A stretch of DNA of 64,000 nucleotides, from NCBI GenBank assembly GCA_964016885.1, contig OZ024745.1, positions 9,362,001-9,426,000 on the forward strand, given 5' to 3'. Shown in pieces: positions 17,879-31,327 of the stretch. The translations under genes and the position numbers were made by a program. The DNA is from Eledone cirrhosa (taxonomy: Eukaryota). The number at the start of each line of letters is the position of its first letter. Within the stretch, counting starts at the first letter, position 1. A model generated the notes under the pieces. The model had not been told where the DNA came from and did no database searches. It worked only from the letters and a program-made list of their open reading frames with translations.

Positions 17879-17895
17879 TACTCCCCCTCTCTATT
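17746..17895. repeat. (CT)n microsatellite
   Basis: Direct observation. Confidence 0.95.
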
Positions 17896-18037
17896 TCAGA
17901 GAGAAAGAGAAAAGCTCGTTAATTTTGAATTAACATTGAATAACCTGGTTTAATGAAATGCAAAAGAAAAGATACTAAAACTGCCACAAAGATACTAAAA
18001 CTGCCATGTATTTATTAAAATTTATGTTAACTATTGT

Positions 18038-18365
18038 GAAGGCATGTGGCTTAGTGGATAGGGTGTTTGATTCATGATTGTTAAAGTTGTGAGTTTGATT
18101 CCCAGACTGGGCAATTCATTATGTCCTTGAGCAAGAGACTTTATTTTATATCGCTCCAGTTCATGCAGCTGGCAAAAATGTGTTGTCCCTCTAATTCAAG
18201 GGATCAGCCTTGTCACCCATATTGTCGTGCTGAATCTCCCTGAGGACTATGTTAAGGGTGCACGTGTCTGCAGAATGCTCAGCCACTTACATATTAATTT
18301 CATGTGCAGGTAGCTTCATTGATTGAATTAACTAAAGCACTGGTTGGGAGCTATGGAGAGCCACA
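18038..18365 (+). mobile_element. tRNA-derived SINE with CORE/V-like block
   Basis: tggcttagtgg A box, gagtttgattcc B box, gtccttgagcaagagactt. Related copies at ~9700-9835 (+), 28320-28596 (-), 53318-53545 (+) and 54005-54200 (-). Confidence 0.7.
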
Positions 18366-18549
18366 ACATTTTAACTATGAATAATTGTGTATCTAGTTCA
18401 GAATAGGTACATCCCTGTGAATCATAATGGCTTGCTGTCAAGATGGGCACCTGGCTGTAAAACATTGCCTTAAAAAGTCCTGTTCAACCTATTCCAGCAT
18501 GGAATGATGCTATCAATAGAATAACCATTTTTTTCACCATTAAAACCAG

Positions 18550-18733
18550 GTCTAAACTCCAACCCAGAAGACTATGTTGCTAAAGTCCGTGAGGAATTCA
18601 ATGAATTGCCCGAGGAACATTATGAACTGCTGAAGTATCTGTTGAACTTCTTAGTAGATGTGTCACAACATGAAGAAGAAAACAAAATGGGGCCTATGGT
18701 CCTAGCCATTGTTTTTGGCCCAAATGTCTTTAG
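18550..18733 (+). CDS. FAM13A/B: FAM13-like RhoGAP exon
   Basis: CAG acceptor in a compatible phase. SLNSNPEDYVAKVREEFNELPEEHYELLKYLLNFLVDVSQHEEENKMGPMVLAIVFGPNVF. Donor AG|GTTGGT, phase 2. Confidence 0.92.
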
Positions 18734-19378
18734 GTTGGTATTTTTTCCTTCTTTTTAAATTTAATATAGAAAAAGAAAAAAAATAGTAATATTTGTTTCT
18801 TTACAATTTCAAATATTGGGATTGCTGTATCTTTTCTTTCACAGCTTCTATTATTAATAGACTGTTGTGTCAAATATTGGGATTGCTGTATCTTTCCTTT
18901 CACAGCTTCTATCATTAATAGACTCTTGTGTTTTATAAGTCAAAAGGAAGAGCAGTTAGTAGTCTGCAAGACTAAAAAGAAAAAAAGTCAACTTTAGCCA
19001 GATTTGAACCCAGAGAGCTGGAACAAATATTGCAAGCATTTATTTTTCCCACTTTAACAATTCTGCCAATTTCCTGGATACTTTTGATTTTTAAAAATGG
19101 GATTGAAAAAAAAGTAGACTAGGGACTCACATTATCACATGCATTGAACTTAAAGACTATCTACAGAAAGAATCTCATGTTCTGATTAGTATTAGTTATC
19201 TGGTCTGTAATATCCAGTGGTGTATACTTTGGATATACTACAATTGTCCTTCTACAATATTTCTATGCATTTCACATTTCCTACTGTATTTGAAAATTCT
19301 CAGTTTGAATATAGGATATTTATTTTACAAAATGAATCCCAAATTCACATTATGCTCAGTGTCTTGTTTTAGAAACTC

Positions 19379-19596
19379 TTAACCCTTTTGCTACCATGTC
19401 TTCAATGAAAGACACAACCTCTGGTTTTTGAATAATTTTTAATATGAACCAGAATTTGGAAGGATTTTGTAATTTTATGCAAAAACTTTTATTTAGTTCT
19501 ATTACTATGGAAGGTTTTATATATATAAACACTTTAAAAGAAAGTTTTGTATAGAGCCAGAGTCGGTTTCATTTGGTTTGGTTTCAAAAGAGTTAA
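19379..19596. mobile_element. TTAA-flanked MITE (piggyBac-like ends), 218 bp
   Basis: TTAACCCTTTTGCTACC ... GGTTTCAAAAGAGTTAA, imperfect TIRs. Confidence 0.7.
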
Positions 19597-19803
19597 TAAG
19601 TTTTTTGAAAAAAATATTAAAATTCAATTGTTAGAATATACTGTCATAGAATTCAAAACCTTTTGAAATGTTTCTTTCTTTTTTTTCCTTTGTAATATTT
19701 TTCTTTTATAAGTATAAACCAATTGAAATGTTTCATTGAATATTATAGATTTCTATAATTTATGTTTTATTATAGATATATATTTGTATTTTTTTCTTGA
19801 AAG

Positions 19804-19927
19804 GTGTGGCTCTGACTTCTCTGGCCTCAAAGATCAATCTACAACTAACAACATTGTCTATAAGTTCATTATACATTATAATGATCTTTTTGCTGAAGAA
19901 AACCATGCCTCAACAAAATGCTCTGAG
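19804..19927 (+). CDS. FAM13A/B: FAM13-like exon completing the RhoGAP domain
   Basis: AAG acceptor after a T tract, phase 2. RCGSDFSGLKDQSTTNNIVYKFIIHYNDLF resembles FAM13A GLEGMKEQ...NKI...YNTLF (from recall). Donor GAG|GTAAGT. Confidence 0.88.
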
Positions 19928-22900
19928 GTAAGTTTACATATTCTTTATTTGGACAATAAAATACTCAAAATTTCAGATTCATATTGTTGCTATCCAACTT
20001 TAATCTTGGTTGTTCCTGTTAGAGCCCTCAGGAATAAGTGGGCAAAGATATATATGACCTTGTTCAGCCTCATGTCACAGAGCAGAGCTATGATCAAAGG
20101 GATTTCAACAATGACCATCCCTTTTTTTAGGAGTATTTGAAACTCTGTTTTTAAGATGGCAAGTATGATGAAGATTTAGTTGCTATTTCTTGTAGGTTAA
20201 GTAATCATATATTGGTTAATTAAAAACCCTAAATCTGTTTCATTCTTTAAAAAAACAAAAGCATCCTCAAATCCTGAAATCTGTTTCATTTTTTAAAAGC
20301 ATCTCCCCACCTCATTTCTGACTTTGATAGAATGGGTTGGATAGTTTATAAAATATTAACATTTATTTTGATGTTTGGTAACCTAGCAGTTCAACAAAAA
20401 GAGATTGGTAAAATAAATATTGGGGTCAATATGATCAACTAAATCCCTTTATGCCCCAGCATGGCCACAGTTTAATGACTGAAATAATACTTATAACTGA
20501 TGGTGTTCACTGTTGACCTTGTCAGTTTTATATCAATTCATTTAACTTAATGCTTCCCTTTAGTTGAGATGGAAAATATAATTAAAGTATCACTGTATAG
20601 TTGTTTAGGAACAGGTTGAAATATTTACTGTGTTTCAAACACAAAGAAACTTCATTTTGAAGAAAAACATAAACAAACTGGGACATGTTTGAACAGGTTT
20701 ATAAAATAGTTTCTTTTATGTTTTGCATGTCTAGTGAATATTACTAGCTTATATATTTTTAAGTTGAATTTTAGTTTTTTATGTGCTAAAAGCCGAGCTG
20801 GTGGCTAAATTTAAATTCAAGCATATGCTTTTCATTATACCCTGCAGTGTTTGTGTATATATGTGTGTATTTATTTATGTATGTGTGTGTTGTGTGTATT
20901 TATTTATGTATGTGTATGTGTGAGTGTATGTATGTGTTTGTTTACTTCTAATATCAGGAATACCTTAAATATCTCTTCGTTATGGGCGTGTCCTCTACTT
21001 TAGATGTTAATAGTTCTTCCTAAATAATTATTTGATATAACATAATCATTTGAAATGGAAATATTAATTCTAAAGTCTATGGCTAATATTTCTTCCTACT
21101 AGACTTTAATTCCTTTGGTTTGTATTTAAAAAAATGTTAGATTATATCTTAGCTTGAAGTTTAGTGCAATTCAGTCTCTCTCTTTTCTCCTCCTCCTCTA
21201 TCCCCCTCTTACCCACCCTCTCTCTATCTCACTCACCCCCACACATATATACACACGTGTGTGTGTGTGTGGAAGGGGGAGGTGTGAATGTATATGTTCT
21301 CACAAAGATGTGTTTTATCCAAGTTCTTTATAATATAAACTTTACCAATTAGTCACTAGAAAATATCCTTGTAATTTATTCTTAACTTAATGATGTTAAT
21401 TAATGTTCCTTATTAATTGAACTAAAAAGTTTACTTTCTCTACCTCAAAAATAAACCCTACCAAATATTTCAGTTACCTTTTATGGGACCCAGTTAACTG
21501 GGTGGAACCAGTAAACAAATAAAGGAGGTTTAGAAACTTTTTATATGATAGATTGATTGGGAAACAGTACTTTTATGTTTGTGTATGAATATCATTATCG
21601 CCTCCACTGCTTAATGTTTATTTTCCACACATGAGTTAGATGAACTGTGGTGTTCTGAGGTTTGACTGTACCTTGCTCATATGTTCCATTTTGGGCTTGG
21701 TTTCTATGGCTGGATGCCCTTCCTAATGCCAACTACCTATAAGATATTAAGCACTGTAGAATAAAAGTAACCTCCTCCTGGCAAACCAAACCCTCTGTCT
21801 GGTTTCAATTCCTAACTAATGTGTCTTGTCATAAATGTGGTTGTGTGGTTGAGAAGTTTACTTTGAAATTGTCTGCTCTCAAGTTTGATCACACTACACA
21901 ACACCTTGAGTGAAGTGTCTTCTACCATAACATTGGATTGACCGAAGCTGTATGAGTGAAATCAAGCAGATAGAAATTGCATGAAAGCCTATTGGGTGAA
22001 CTTCACTTGTTCTTGGATGGTAGATTTAAATTGTTATTCAGTTTAACACCAGCACCTGAACCTTGTATGCTGTTAGTAGAGTCCACTCTGTTGTAAACAT
22101 TTGAAGAATATATCTTGAGTGAGATGATAATAGGATATTATAATACATTGTTTCCTATTTCATGATACCATGTATGACGGTTTAGTCCTCTCTTTCTCCT
22201 CACCAGTCTTGAAAATAACAAAATGGCTAGAGGTCTGCTTTGCTTATTTTGACTTAAGTTATAAAATAGACCTCACTTGTACTACTAATGCATGGTTTCT
22301 CTGTTACATAAGATCCATTCCCTAAGAGCAGCATTTAAAATCACTTCAAGTTTAAAAAAAGCTGTTTGCTTAATTGACAAGTTTCTGTTCTATAAATGCC
22401 TCTAGATTTTCAAGCTCCTTTTTCTCTCTCTATTGAAACTATCATGCTTCCCATGTTTTCAAATATTCTCTAAAATTTCTCATTATTCCCAGCATTTTGT
22501 TGTTTTTTTTATTTTCATTAAACATTTTTTTTTTACTCTCCAAACATGTATAGTAATTTTTCCTCGCTAAAACTATAAGTATCTGTATATATTCTAAATA
22601 ACTGTGTTCCTTGCCATTTTTGTGTTAAATGGTGACCACAGCACTGGCATTGGGCTTAGTTTTCATCTTTTGATGAAACCATTTACCTAACTTTGTAGAA
22701 TGAACCAGGATATATAATTCAAAATGGCAGTAAATCTTGAGGTGAAAGTTATCTGTAGAAATGGTCACATTTAGAACAACAAAATATATTGAAATTTCTT
22801 AAATAGTTTTGGTAAATAACAAAGATATGAACTTAATATGTCTGTTAAGAACATATGTGTTAAAATCTTCCGTGAGAAAAATATTCTAGAAGACTGTTGG

Positions 22901-23479
22901 AGAAATTGTAGTTTCTTGTTATTTGTGTTGTTGTTGTTGTTGTTCAGTTCAGTTCTGAATGAGTAGGCTTAAGATCAAAGACATTCCAAGTGCAATAATT
23001 ATAATTTTTTTCAGATATTCTGTATTCCGGACTACACTGTCCTACCTGTTGGTAGTGTGTATTTTGAAGAAGATTTAGCTTCCGTTTTTAGCAACCATAT
23101 GGAGTACCTTGAATTTCATGTAGAAACTGAAGGTACTAGTCAACACCATCATGATTCAGCACGTGCTTTCTATGCTGGCATAGGTTGGATTGGTAGTTAC
23201 AGTCTAAAAAATTTCTTACTTAAAGTTGCTCTCTTAGTTGGGTTAAATGGCCATGTCACACTCATATATTCCATTTTGGAGGCATAGTTTCTGCAGCAGA
23301 GTGCCCTTTCTAGCACCAACCACTCTACTGGGTATGTTTATCACAGCACAGACACTTTAGTTTTTGTCAAAGTGAATGAAAGGCCATCTCTATCCTGTAT
23401 TTGATTGTCAATCACTTTACAGAGTATTCTGGGTGCAGTATATTGTTGCACCAACACTAGAAAGGTTACCCTGTCCTCT

Positions 23480-24010
23480 ATAAGGTTAAAGAGTCTTCTC
23501 CACTCTCAATAGACTCCATTCTTTCAATGTTACTGAGAATGTGTTTAGAAGTGATGGCCAAAAAGGTGAAAGAGGGGAGAGTATGGTCATGAGTGTTGAG
23601 AAAGAAACAGTCCATCAATGGTATTTTATCTTTAGCCATAACTTTCATAACCTGGCCCAGCAATTTCATAACTGGCTTGACTCTACTAATGCGTCTCCTA
23701 GCAGTGACAATACTGCTGCTATGCTAGTCCATGGGAATAACATTTTTCTCTATTACCTAAATAACTATGCAGGTGATTATCCTAGATCCTACTTCTCCAG
23801 ATAATTTAATCATCTCAGCAACTATCTATGCGGGATTAGCTACCTTCCCTGACATCTTTGGTGCCTTATTCTACTGCTTGGTATATTTAGGATAGACTGC
23901 TCTCTCTCATGCACTCTTTTCATTTAATAACTTCTCATAAAAGCATCCCTTCTTTCCTGGATGAGTAAGACATTTACGACAATTATTTTAACATGTACTT
24001 TCATTCTTTC
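23480..24010 (-). mobile_element. Old, decayed RTE RT fragment
   Basis: MKLLGQVMKVM matches IKLMDQVMKV of the intact RTE copies. Many stops. Confidence 0.65.
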
Positions 24011-24911
24011 CAAGCAAATTTATTACATAGATATGACATCCTCCTTCGTGTTGGTGTCATGATAAATTGCACTTGGTAGAGCACAGGATTGTATGTAAGC
24101 AAGTAACTTATCACCGGCCCACTCTGGGATTAGAAGCACCACTTTGAGTACCAACCCGGTCTGTTGACACACCCTCTAACCCTTGTTAGCAAGGATAGAT
24201 GATGTTGAGATAATAATCATGGTAAGGATTTCAACAAAAAAGTCCTAGTGATTGTTAATTAAATGGCATACCAGCTAAATTGCTAAATTTCTGAATTAAA
24301 GTGAACAAACTCTGCCACTAGCTATACAATTTTATTTTATTAACCTAGATGAGAATAGGAAACATTTCCTCATTATGGTTGAATGGTTTCAATTATGGAA
24401 ATCATGTGACAACATAAACACCGCTTCTGAAAGCTTGTGCAAATTTAAAGGCTCATCGAGCGTGCAGTTACTGAGAAAATAAAGATTTAAACATGCATGC
24501 ATGTATATTTTTGTGCATACTGAGCAATTTTATTTTGCTTTTGTTATTTAAGAAATTATTTCCTTAGATATAAAGAAATGCTAAATTTTGTTGTCATTCA
24601 GTTAAAATGATATAGTAAAAGGTCATTTGGTTGTTCAACCTCAAGTTTCTACACACTATCTCTCTATATAATTGTTTCATCTTTCAACTCATTATATTTG
24701 TTTACTCGGTAAGGATTTTAATATCTTGAAATCCCGGAGAGATTTCAAATTAACTTTACTGTTATAAGGTAGGATGTTTGAAGACTTCATTGTATTCTGT
24801 CCATTATATTGCTTTAAATTATTTAGTTTATATATATATTATCATGTATGTATAAGTGTGCGTGTGCATATATATATATATCATCATAATGTATATATAT
24901 GTGTGTGTGTA

Positions 24912-25150
24912 ATTGGCAAATATGTAGACTTGTTAGACTGTCAGAACACCTTGTAATATTTAATCCAGCTCTTTGCACTCTGATTTCAAATCCTGCTGAA
25001 GTCAACTTTACTTTTCATTCTTTCGAGGTTGATAAAAAACAAAGAACAAGTCAAGTACTGGGGTCCTCTATATCACTTTCTCACTTCCTCTCCTTTTTTT
25101 GCAAGAAATCGGCTGTGTTGAGAACTGGAGCAGGGATGGGCTCTGTCAAG
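24912..25150 (+). mobile_element. Diverged Meta-like SINE with extended 3' part; related copies at 25785-26082 (-), 27486-27730 (+) and 62068-62315 (-)
   Basis: All share tctga(t/g)ttca...(gtc)aactttac(c/t)tttcatt...gataaaa...agtactggg and ctgtgttgaga(a/c)ctggag. Confidence 0.7.
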
Positions 25151-26549
25151 TTTAGAATGTATAAGACTCCATCGTGGATTATGGGTGTACACACACATGC
25201 ACGTGGATTATGGGTGTACACGCAACTAGAAATTGCACTTAATATGTCATAAACATTGTTTGATTGTCATCATTGTTACTCTCCTCTATTTCAACAAATA
25301 CTTTTATTAACTGTAACAATTTGTGGTGGTATTTCTATTCATGTATATGCCCATAGTTTGTTCTCAGTTTACAAAATATTGCTGTTCCAGTGTTGAGATC
25401 TTTTTAGTGAATAAACTATATAACTTGAAACTTCCACTAACAGAAAAACCTTAAGTGTTAGGCATTGTTGCTGAAATATGAGCAACAACTAAATAATTAG
25501 AAACTTTATAATAACAGAATTTCAACTGACAATTTGACTGCCATTGTATTCTGTAGATGTTTGTAAACGTAGAATAAGCCAGCAGTAGAGCCTTTATGTG
25601 GTTATTGAACTTGCTTGAAATAGCAGCATAGTCTTGCTATAATTACACACTAACACATTGGAAAGAAAGGAACATATTAGGTAATGTAGTCTGAGATATG
25701 TATGGACCTGTATTCCCTAAATGGAGTCATGGGGCTGCTGTAGTGACATATGGTGTATCTTGTGCATTTTTTAAAACCTGGTGGAGCCCATCTCCTCTCC
25801 AGGTCTCAACACAGCTGATTTCTTCAAGAGAGAGAGTTATAGAAAGGAAATGAGGTAGAGAGAGAGTTATAGAAAGGAAATGAGGAAGAGAGAGAGATGG
25901 AAAAGAAAGGAGATAAAGGAAGAATCACTGTCAGTACTAGACTTGTAACTTGTATATTTTTTATTGACCTCAAAAGGCTGAAATACAAAGTTAACTTCAG
26001 TGGGTTTTGAACTCAGAATGTAGAGAACCCGAACAAATATACTGCAAAGCATTCTATCTGATGTTCTAACAACTCTGCCAATTCATCTCATATAGTCCTA
26101 GTTATTGGTGCCTGAAATAAGGAGAGGGTGGGCATGATTGGAACTCCTTGGATCATATATCTGCTCTATCAGGATTGACATGGGGTTAAACAACAACTTT
26201 GAATTAGGAAACTTTTCAAGGTGTACATAATTTATATCATTTTACATTCAACCTCTTTATACTCAAGAAATTGATTTTCAATATTTGTGATGACTAGAGT
26301 GTTTAAAGTTATAGATTATTAAAAATCATATTACTTCTCTTGTTCACAACTCTGCAGATGAAATATATACATTTCATGCTGTTTACATTTCTGGTTTTGC
26401 TCATTGGAAGTACAACAACTGTAAAACTTCTCTTTCTTTAGTTATAAATTCACCATTTCCCCTACTAAGCAGGGTTAATTTTGTGGTGGACTTCATGAAA
26501 GTAATTTATCATTATTCCCTCGGTGAAACTGTGTCTTATGACACCACAT

Positions 26550-27372
26550 AGGGATACAGTATATCTAATCTGAAACTGGGATATATACAGTTATATCTAT
26601 TCTGAAACTGGGATATATACAGTATATCTATTCTGAAACTGGGATATATACAGTTATATCTATTCTGAAACTGGGATATATACAGCTATATCTATTCTGA
26701 AACTGGGATATAAACAGTTATATCTATTCTGAAACTGGGATATATACAGTTATATCTATTCTGAAACTGGGATATATACAGTTATATCTATTCTGAAACT
26801 GGGATATATACAGTTATATTTATTCTGAAACTGAGATATCATCATCATCATCATCATTTTACGTCCGCTTTTCCCTGCTTGCAAGGATGGGACGGGAACT
26901 GATTCTGGCTTGATTTCTACAGCTGGATGCCCTTCCCAACACCAATCTCATTTACAGTGAGTGCTGGGTGCTTTTTTGCCGTGGCACCTCCACGACCACT
27001 TTGCAGTGGAATGATAGGGACCCCAGTCCTATCATCTCATTTTTACAGCTGAGTAAACTGGAGCAATGTGAAATAAAGTGTCTTGCTCAAGGTAACTACA
27101 CATCACCCGGTCTGAGAATTGAACTCACAACCTTTCGATTGCAAGGCTAATGTTCTAACCACTACGCCATGTGCCTCCCTACGCCATGTGCCTCCATATA
27201 TACAGTTATATCTATTCTGAAACTGAGTTACATACAGTTATATCTATTCTGAAACTGGGATATATACAGTTATATCTATTCTGAAACTGGGATATATACA
27301 GTATATCTATTCTGAACTGGGATATATACAGTTATATCTATTCTGAAACTGAGATATATACAGTTATATCTA
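26550..27372. repeat. 31-32-bp minisatellite interrupted by a SINE
   Basis: Unit gttatatctattctgaaactgggatatataca, ~9 copies before 26838 and ~6 after 27195. Confidence 0.95.
26838..27195 (-). mobile_element. tRNA-head SINE with CORE/V-like block and RTE-derived 3' tail
   Basis: Reverse complement of 29983-30330. It has a (GAT)n tail and a 17-bp tandem duplication (ctacgccatgtgcctcc) at its 5' end. Confidence 0.9.
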
Positions 27373-28018
27373 TCTATTTGAAAAAACATAATTCATATTT
27401 CTATATTTTTCTTTATTATTACTTAATACACCCATTTCTCTGCATTGAAATTATTTGAGATGTTTTATAAATTTAGATAAGGCAAGGAATTGGCAGAGTC
27501 ATAAGAACATAGAATAGACTGTTTTGTAGTATTCGTTCTGGCTCTCTACACTCTGAGTTCATATTTTGCCATAGTTAACTTTACCTTTCATTCGTTTGGG
27601 GTCAATAAAAACAAGTGCCAATTAAATAATGGTGTTGATTGATCCTCTATATCTCTCACTTCCCATCATTGTCTCTCCTTCTCACAAAGAAATCAACTGT
27701 GTTCAGACTTGGAGATGGATGGGCTCCATCAGGTTTAAAACACCCAAGAAACGCTGTATGTTACTATGTCACCTCTACAACCCCACTAAGAGTTACGGGT
27801 CCATACTCACATAAATTTTCACAAAGTTTAGTTCCATGGGCTTTTATTTTACATGTTATGTTTTTCCTAAAATGTAAACCAGATAGCTTGAGGATGATAG
27901 AGTAGTGTGTATAGTGTCTAAAGGTAAAATACTACATTGGTTATTTAACTAATTTTAACTACTAATCTCCATTAGTTTCTTCCTAAAATTTTATCATTTT
28001 TTTTTTTTTCTCTGTTAG

Positions 28019-28105
28019 TGTAACAACCGATCTAAAAGTACCATCTCATCTGCTCGCCCAATGTCTCAAAAAGAAGATCGAAAGCCTGTTACTTTGCCAA
28101 GAAAG
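28019..28105 (+). CDS. FAM13A/B: Probable next FAM13-like exon (87 bp, phase 0/0)
   Basis: Long T tract + TAG acceptor. Open frame CNNRSKSTISSARPMSQKEDRKPVTLPRK. Donor AAG|GTAAT. Phase matches the previous exon. Confidence 0.7.
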
Positions 28106-29982
28106 GTAATATCATTACACCTGTTTGTCTTTCAACTGATTTTCAATGTTAGCCTGAATGGAGTATTTTATTTACCTTTTTATTTAAAAATTAGATATTA
28201 TTTACTCAACCAAATTGGACTTAAATTGATTAGATAAAAATATGTTTATATCACATTCTTGGTCCCAAGCAAAGAATAATATTTATACTTTGCTTGTTAA
28301 GACAAGCAAAGAGTCTAAAGTCTGTCTTGAGCCCAGAGGCTCATCAGGCCAGTGTTTATCCTGATTTCCGTGGCATAAAGCGACCTAGAGTACAAGTCTC
28401 ACCCCTGGACAAGACACCAGTCCATCGCAGGTTTAAACTCACAGCTATTTCTGGTTCTCATTTTCAGCTTAGTATACTGAAGTAATGTGAAATGAAGTGT
28501 TTTGCTCAAGAACACAAGACACAACCCAATCCAGGAATTGAACCCACAATATTATCATAAGTCTAACACCCTTACCACTAGGCCACACACCTCCATACAT
28601 TATAAAATTTAGACAAACTTCTTGTAAAACTATAGATTTTATTACTAAAATTCTAGATATTAGAATAAAGACTTCTTTTTATTCCATCTGGGTTTATAGT
28701 TTAGGAGATCAATTGTCTATTGGCCAAACATATATCACTCATTTTCATAGGCAGCACAATTCCTATACCATATACAACATATCTACTATATCCAGCATTA
28801 TATATTATACACAATACATAATATCTAGTAGTAAACACTCTCTCTAGTGACCTGCCAAAGTTTCTGTTTACTAAATACAAAAATGAAGATGTCATTTTGA
28901 CATTGAGAAATTTTATGCATCTTAAATAAAAATGATTGCTTATCTCCTAAAATTCTGATAGGAGTATTTACAATATGAAAGAATAGCAAATAACCTTGGA
29001 GTTTTGTTTGTTTTCATCTTAACTTGACCTAGATTTCAAGAAATACAAAAACTTCATTTGATAAATCAAAACCTTATCATAAAACATGCATTCACACACT
29101 TATACATAATGTATATATAAATTATTGTATATATATATATATACACAATATATATATAAGTTGTCCCTTCAACTGCTTGTTTCTTGTAGTTCAATTGTGT
29201 AGGCTTGATTTTGCTTCATCACAATTTAAACTCAACATTAAGAAGGCTTGATTCTGTGTGCTCACATTTTAAAATTCTACTTTCTGTCTTTCTGTTGATT
29301 ATTATATATCTTCCATGTAAGCATGGGTTGAACGGGTTATTATGATCTAAGTGAATTCCAATTTGGTGTAACTGCCCTTCTTGATGGGTCAGAGGACTAC
29401 GACACATACATTCCAATTTTGGTATGGTTTCTATAGCTGGATACCCTTCCTCTTTACAGAGTGTGGTCTAGTTTTAAAAATCTTACGGGAGTGGATTACA
29501 TATTAGATTGCAAATTTGAATCTTAAACAATTTAGCAAAAGTGAGTATTACTTAAAGATGGCTGTTTTAACTTTGTAATATATATTATATTCTTACCTGT
29601 TTTATAATATCTATTATTGAATGAGAGATATTCTTATAACATCTATTATTGAATGAGAAACAATGATTCTGTGAATCAGGCACTGCACTCCTAGTTTTCA
29701 AGATGTATTTTCTTATCCTTTTATATGTATTGTACTGTATTTCTGAGAAAAATGCTTAAGTCAATTGCATGATTAAGAAATGTATCATGTCAACAGTTCA
29801 TCGTTTCATCTGTTGTTTTTGTTGGAATGTAATATGGAACATAATACCAGTAAGATTGTATTAGACATACTAGGGTCACTTCAGATTGACTTGTATCTCT
29901 GGCCTGGTTTTCATTTTCTTTTAGAACTATTTCATGTAACAATGTCACTCGAAAGCCAGAAACAAAATATTTCTAAACAGAT

Positions 29983-30330
29983 GGAGGCACATGGCTTAGT
30001 GGTTAGAGCATTGGCCTTGCAATCGAAAGGTTGTGAGTTCAATTCTCAGACCGGGTGATGTGTTGTTTCCTTGAGCAAGACACTTTATTTCACATTGCTC
30101 CAGTTTACTCAGCTGTAGACATGAGATGATAGGGACTGGGGTCCATATCATTCCACTGTAAAGTGGTCGTGGAGGTGCCACGGCAAAAAAGCACCCAGCA
30201 CTCACTGTAAATGGGGTTGGTGTTAGGAAGGGCATCCATGTAGAAATCGAGTCAGAATCAGTTCCCATCTCACCCTTGCAAGCAGGGAAAAAGCGGAGGT
30301 AAAATGAAATGATGATATGATGATGATGAC
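29983..30330 (+). mobile_element. tRNA-head SINE with CORE/V-like block and RTE-derived 3' tail
   Basis: TGGCTTAGTGG A box, GAGTTCAATTC B box, ccttgagcaagacactt. The tail gtggtcgtggaggtgccacggcaaaaaagcacccagc...ggaagggcatcc matches the RTE 3' UTR at 34362-34495. Confidence 0.9.
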
Positions 30331-31109
30331 ATCTCCTTTTGATCTCCGGATATGGTAGAAGACATTATTATTTAAGTTTTGCATTGTTTCCATTCTAAAC
30401 TCGTAGCAAGCAACAACTTTGTTTTTCTGACCCCCCCCCCCCTCTCTCTCTCTCTCTTACACACACGCATACATACACTTGTACATATGATATATTCAAT
30501 AATATTTTCTAAACCATTGTTTGTATCTTCATTTTGGAAAGGTTTTTAGAAACTTAGTTACTTTTGAATTTTTTTCTTAAACAGGTCTAGTACTTTGTAT
30601 CATTCTCAAAAACTGTTCTGTAATTATTGGAAATAAGATCTGAGGTTCAATTAAACTTTAATTTCTGTATTACTATTCAAATATCATCATCATCATTTTA
30701 CGTCTGCTCTTCCTTGCCTGCAAGACATTTCTATTTTAGTTATCACCATTATATGTTTTTAACTTTAATGCTAGAAGAATTCAGCTAATCCAAAGACATG
30801 ACAACTTCCCTAGTGTTGGTGCCACAACAAAATGCACTTGATGATATGTTGGGTTCTAGGGCCACCCGGATGACAGATGTTCCACTTCAGTACTGAGCAG
30901 TCTGTGATGTCCAACTCTTGCTAGAAGGGGAAAAATGATGTTAAAATATGATGACCATCATAACTTTGCACTACCTGTGGATTCTCCTTGTCAAGACAAG
31001 TTGATGTAATTGTTTTTCTTTAGAATACAGTACAATGAAGAATCCTCAAACAAAATTTGGCACCTCATCTTCTCAACCATCATATCTCAGTAATTTGTTT
31101 TTGAAATAT

Positions 31110-31327
31110 TTAACCCTTTAGCATTCACAATATTTTATATATACTATTATATTTTCATGGTAAAGCCTTTACCTCACATAATTATCTCACATAATATCGA
31201 ATCTATGAGATTTGGAAAGTATTTATTTTGAGACCAATACCTTAACATCAGTTTGAATGACCAATTACAGCCAGTTTCAACAGAAAGAGGTGGAGAATTT
31301 TGGCCGCTTTGAACACTAAAGGGTTAA
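31110..31327. mobile_element. TTAA-flanked MITE, 218 bp
   Basis: TTAACCCTTTAGCATTCA ... TGAACACTAAAGGGTTAA inverted ends. Confidence 0.75.

Noticed and set aside
26550-27372. 32-bp repeats of CRISPR-like length
   Set aside because: Head-to-tail tandem units without spacers; this is a minisatellite.
31024-31090. Possible exon after ttttctttag
   Set aside because: The phase-0 frame needed after exon 28019-28105 hits TGA at the fifth codon, and the donor is weak.
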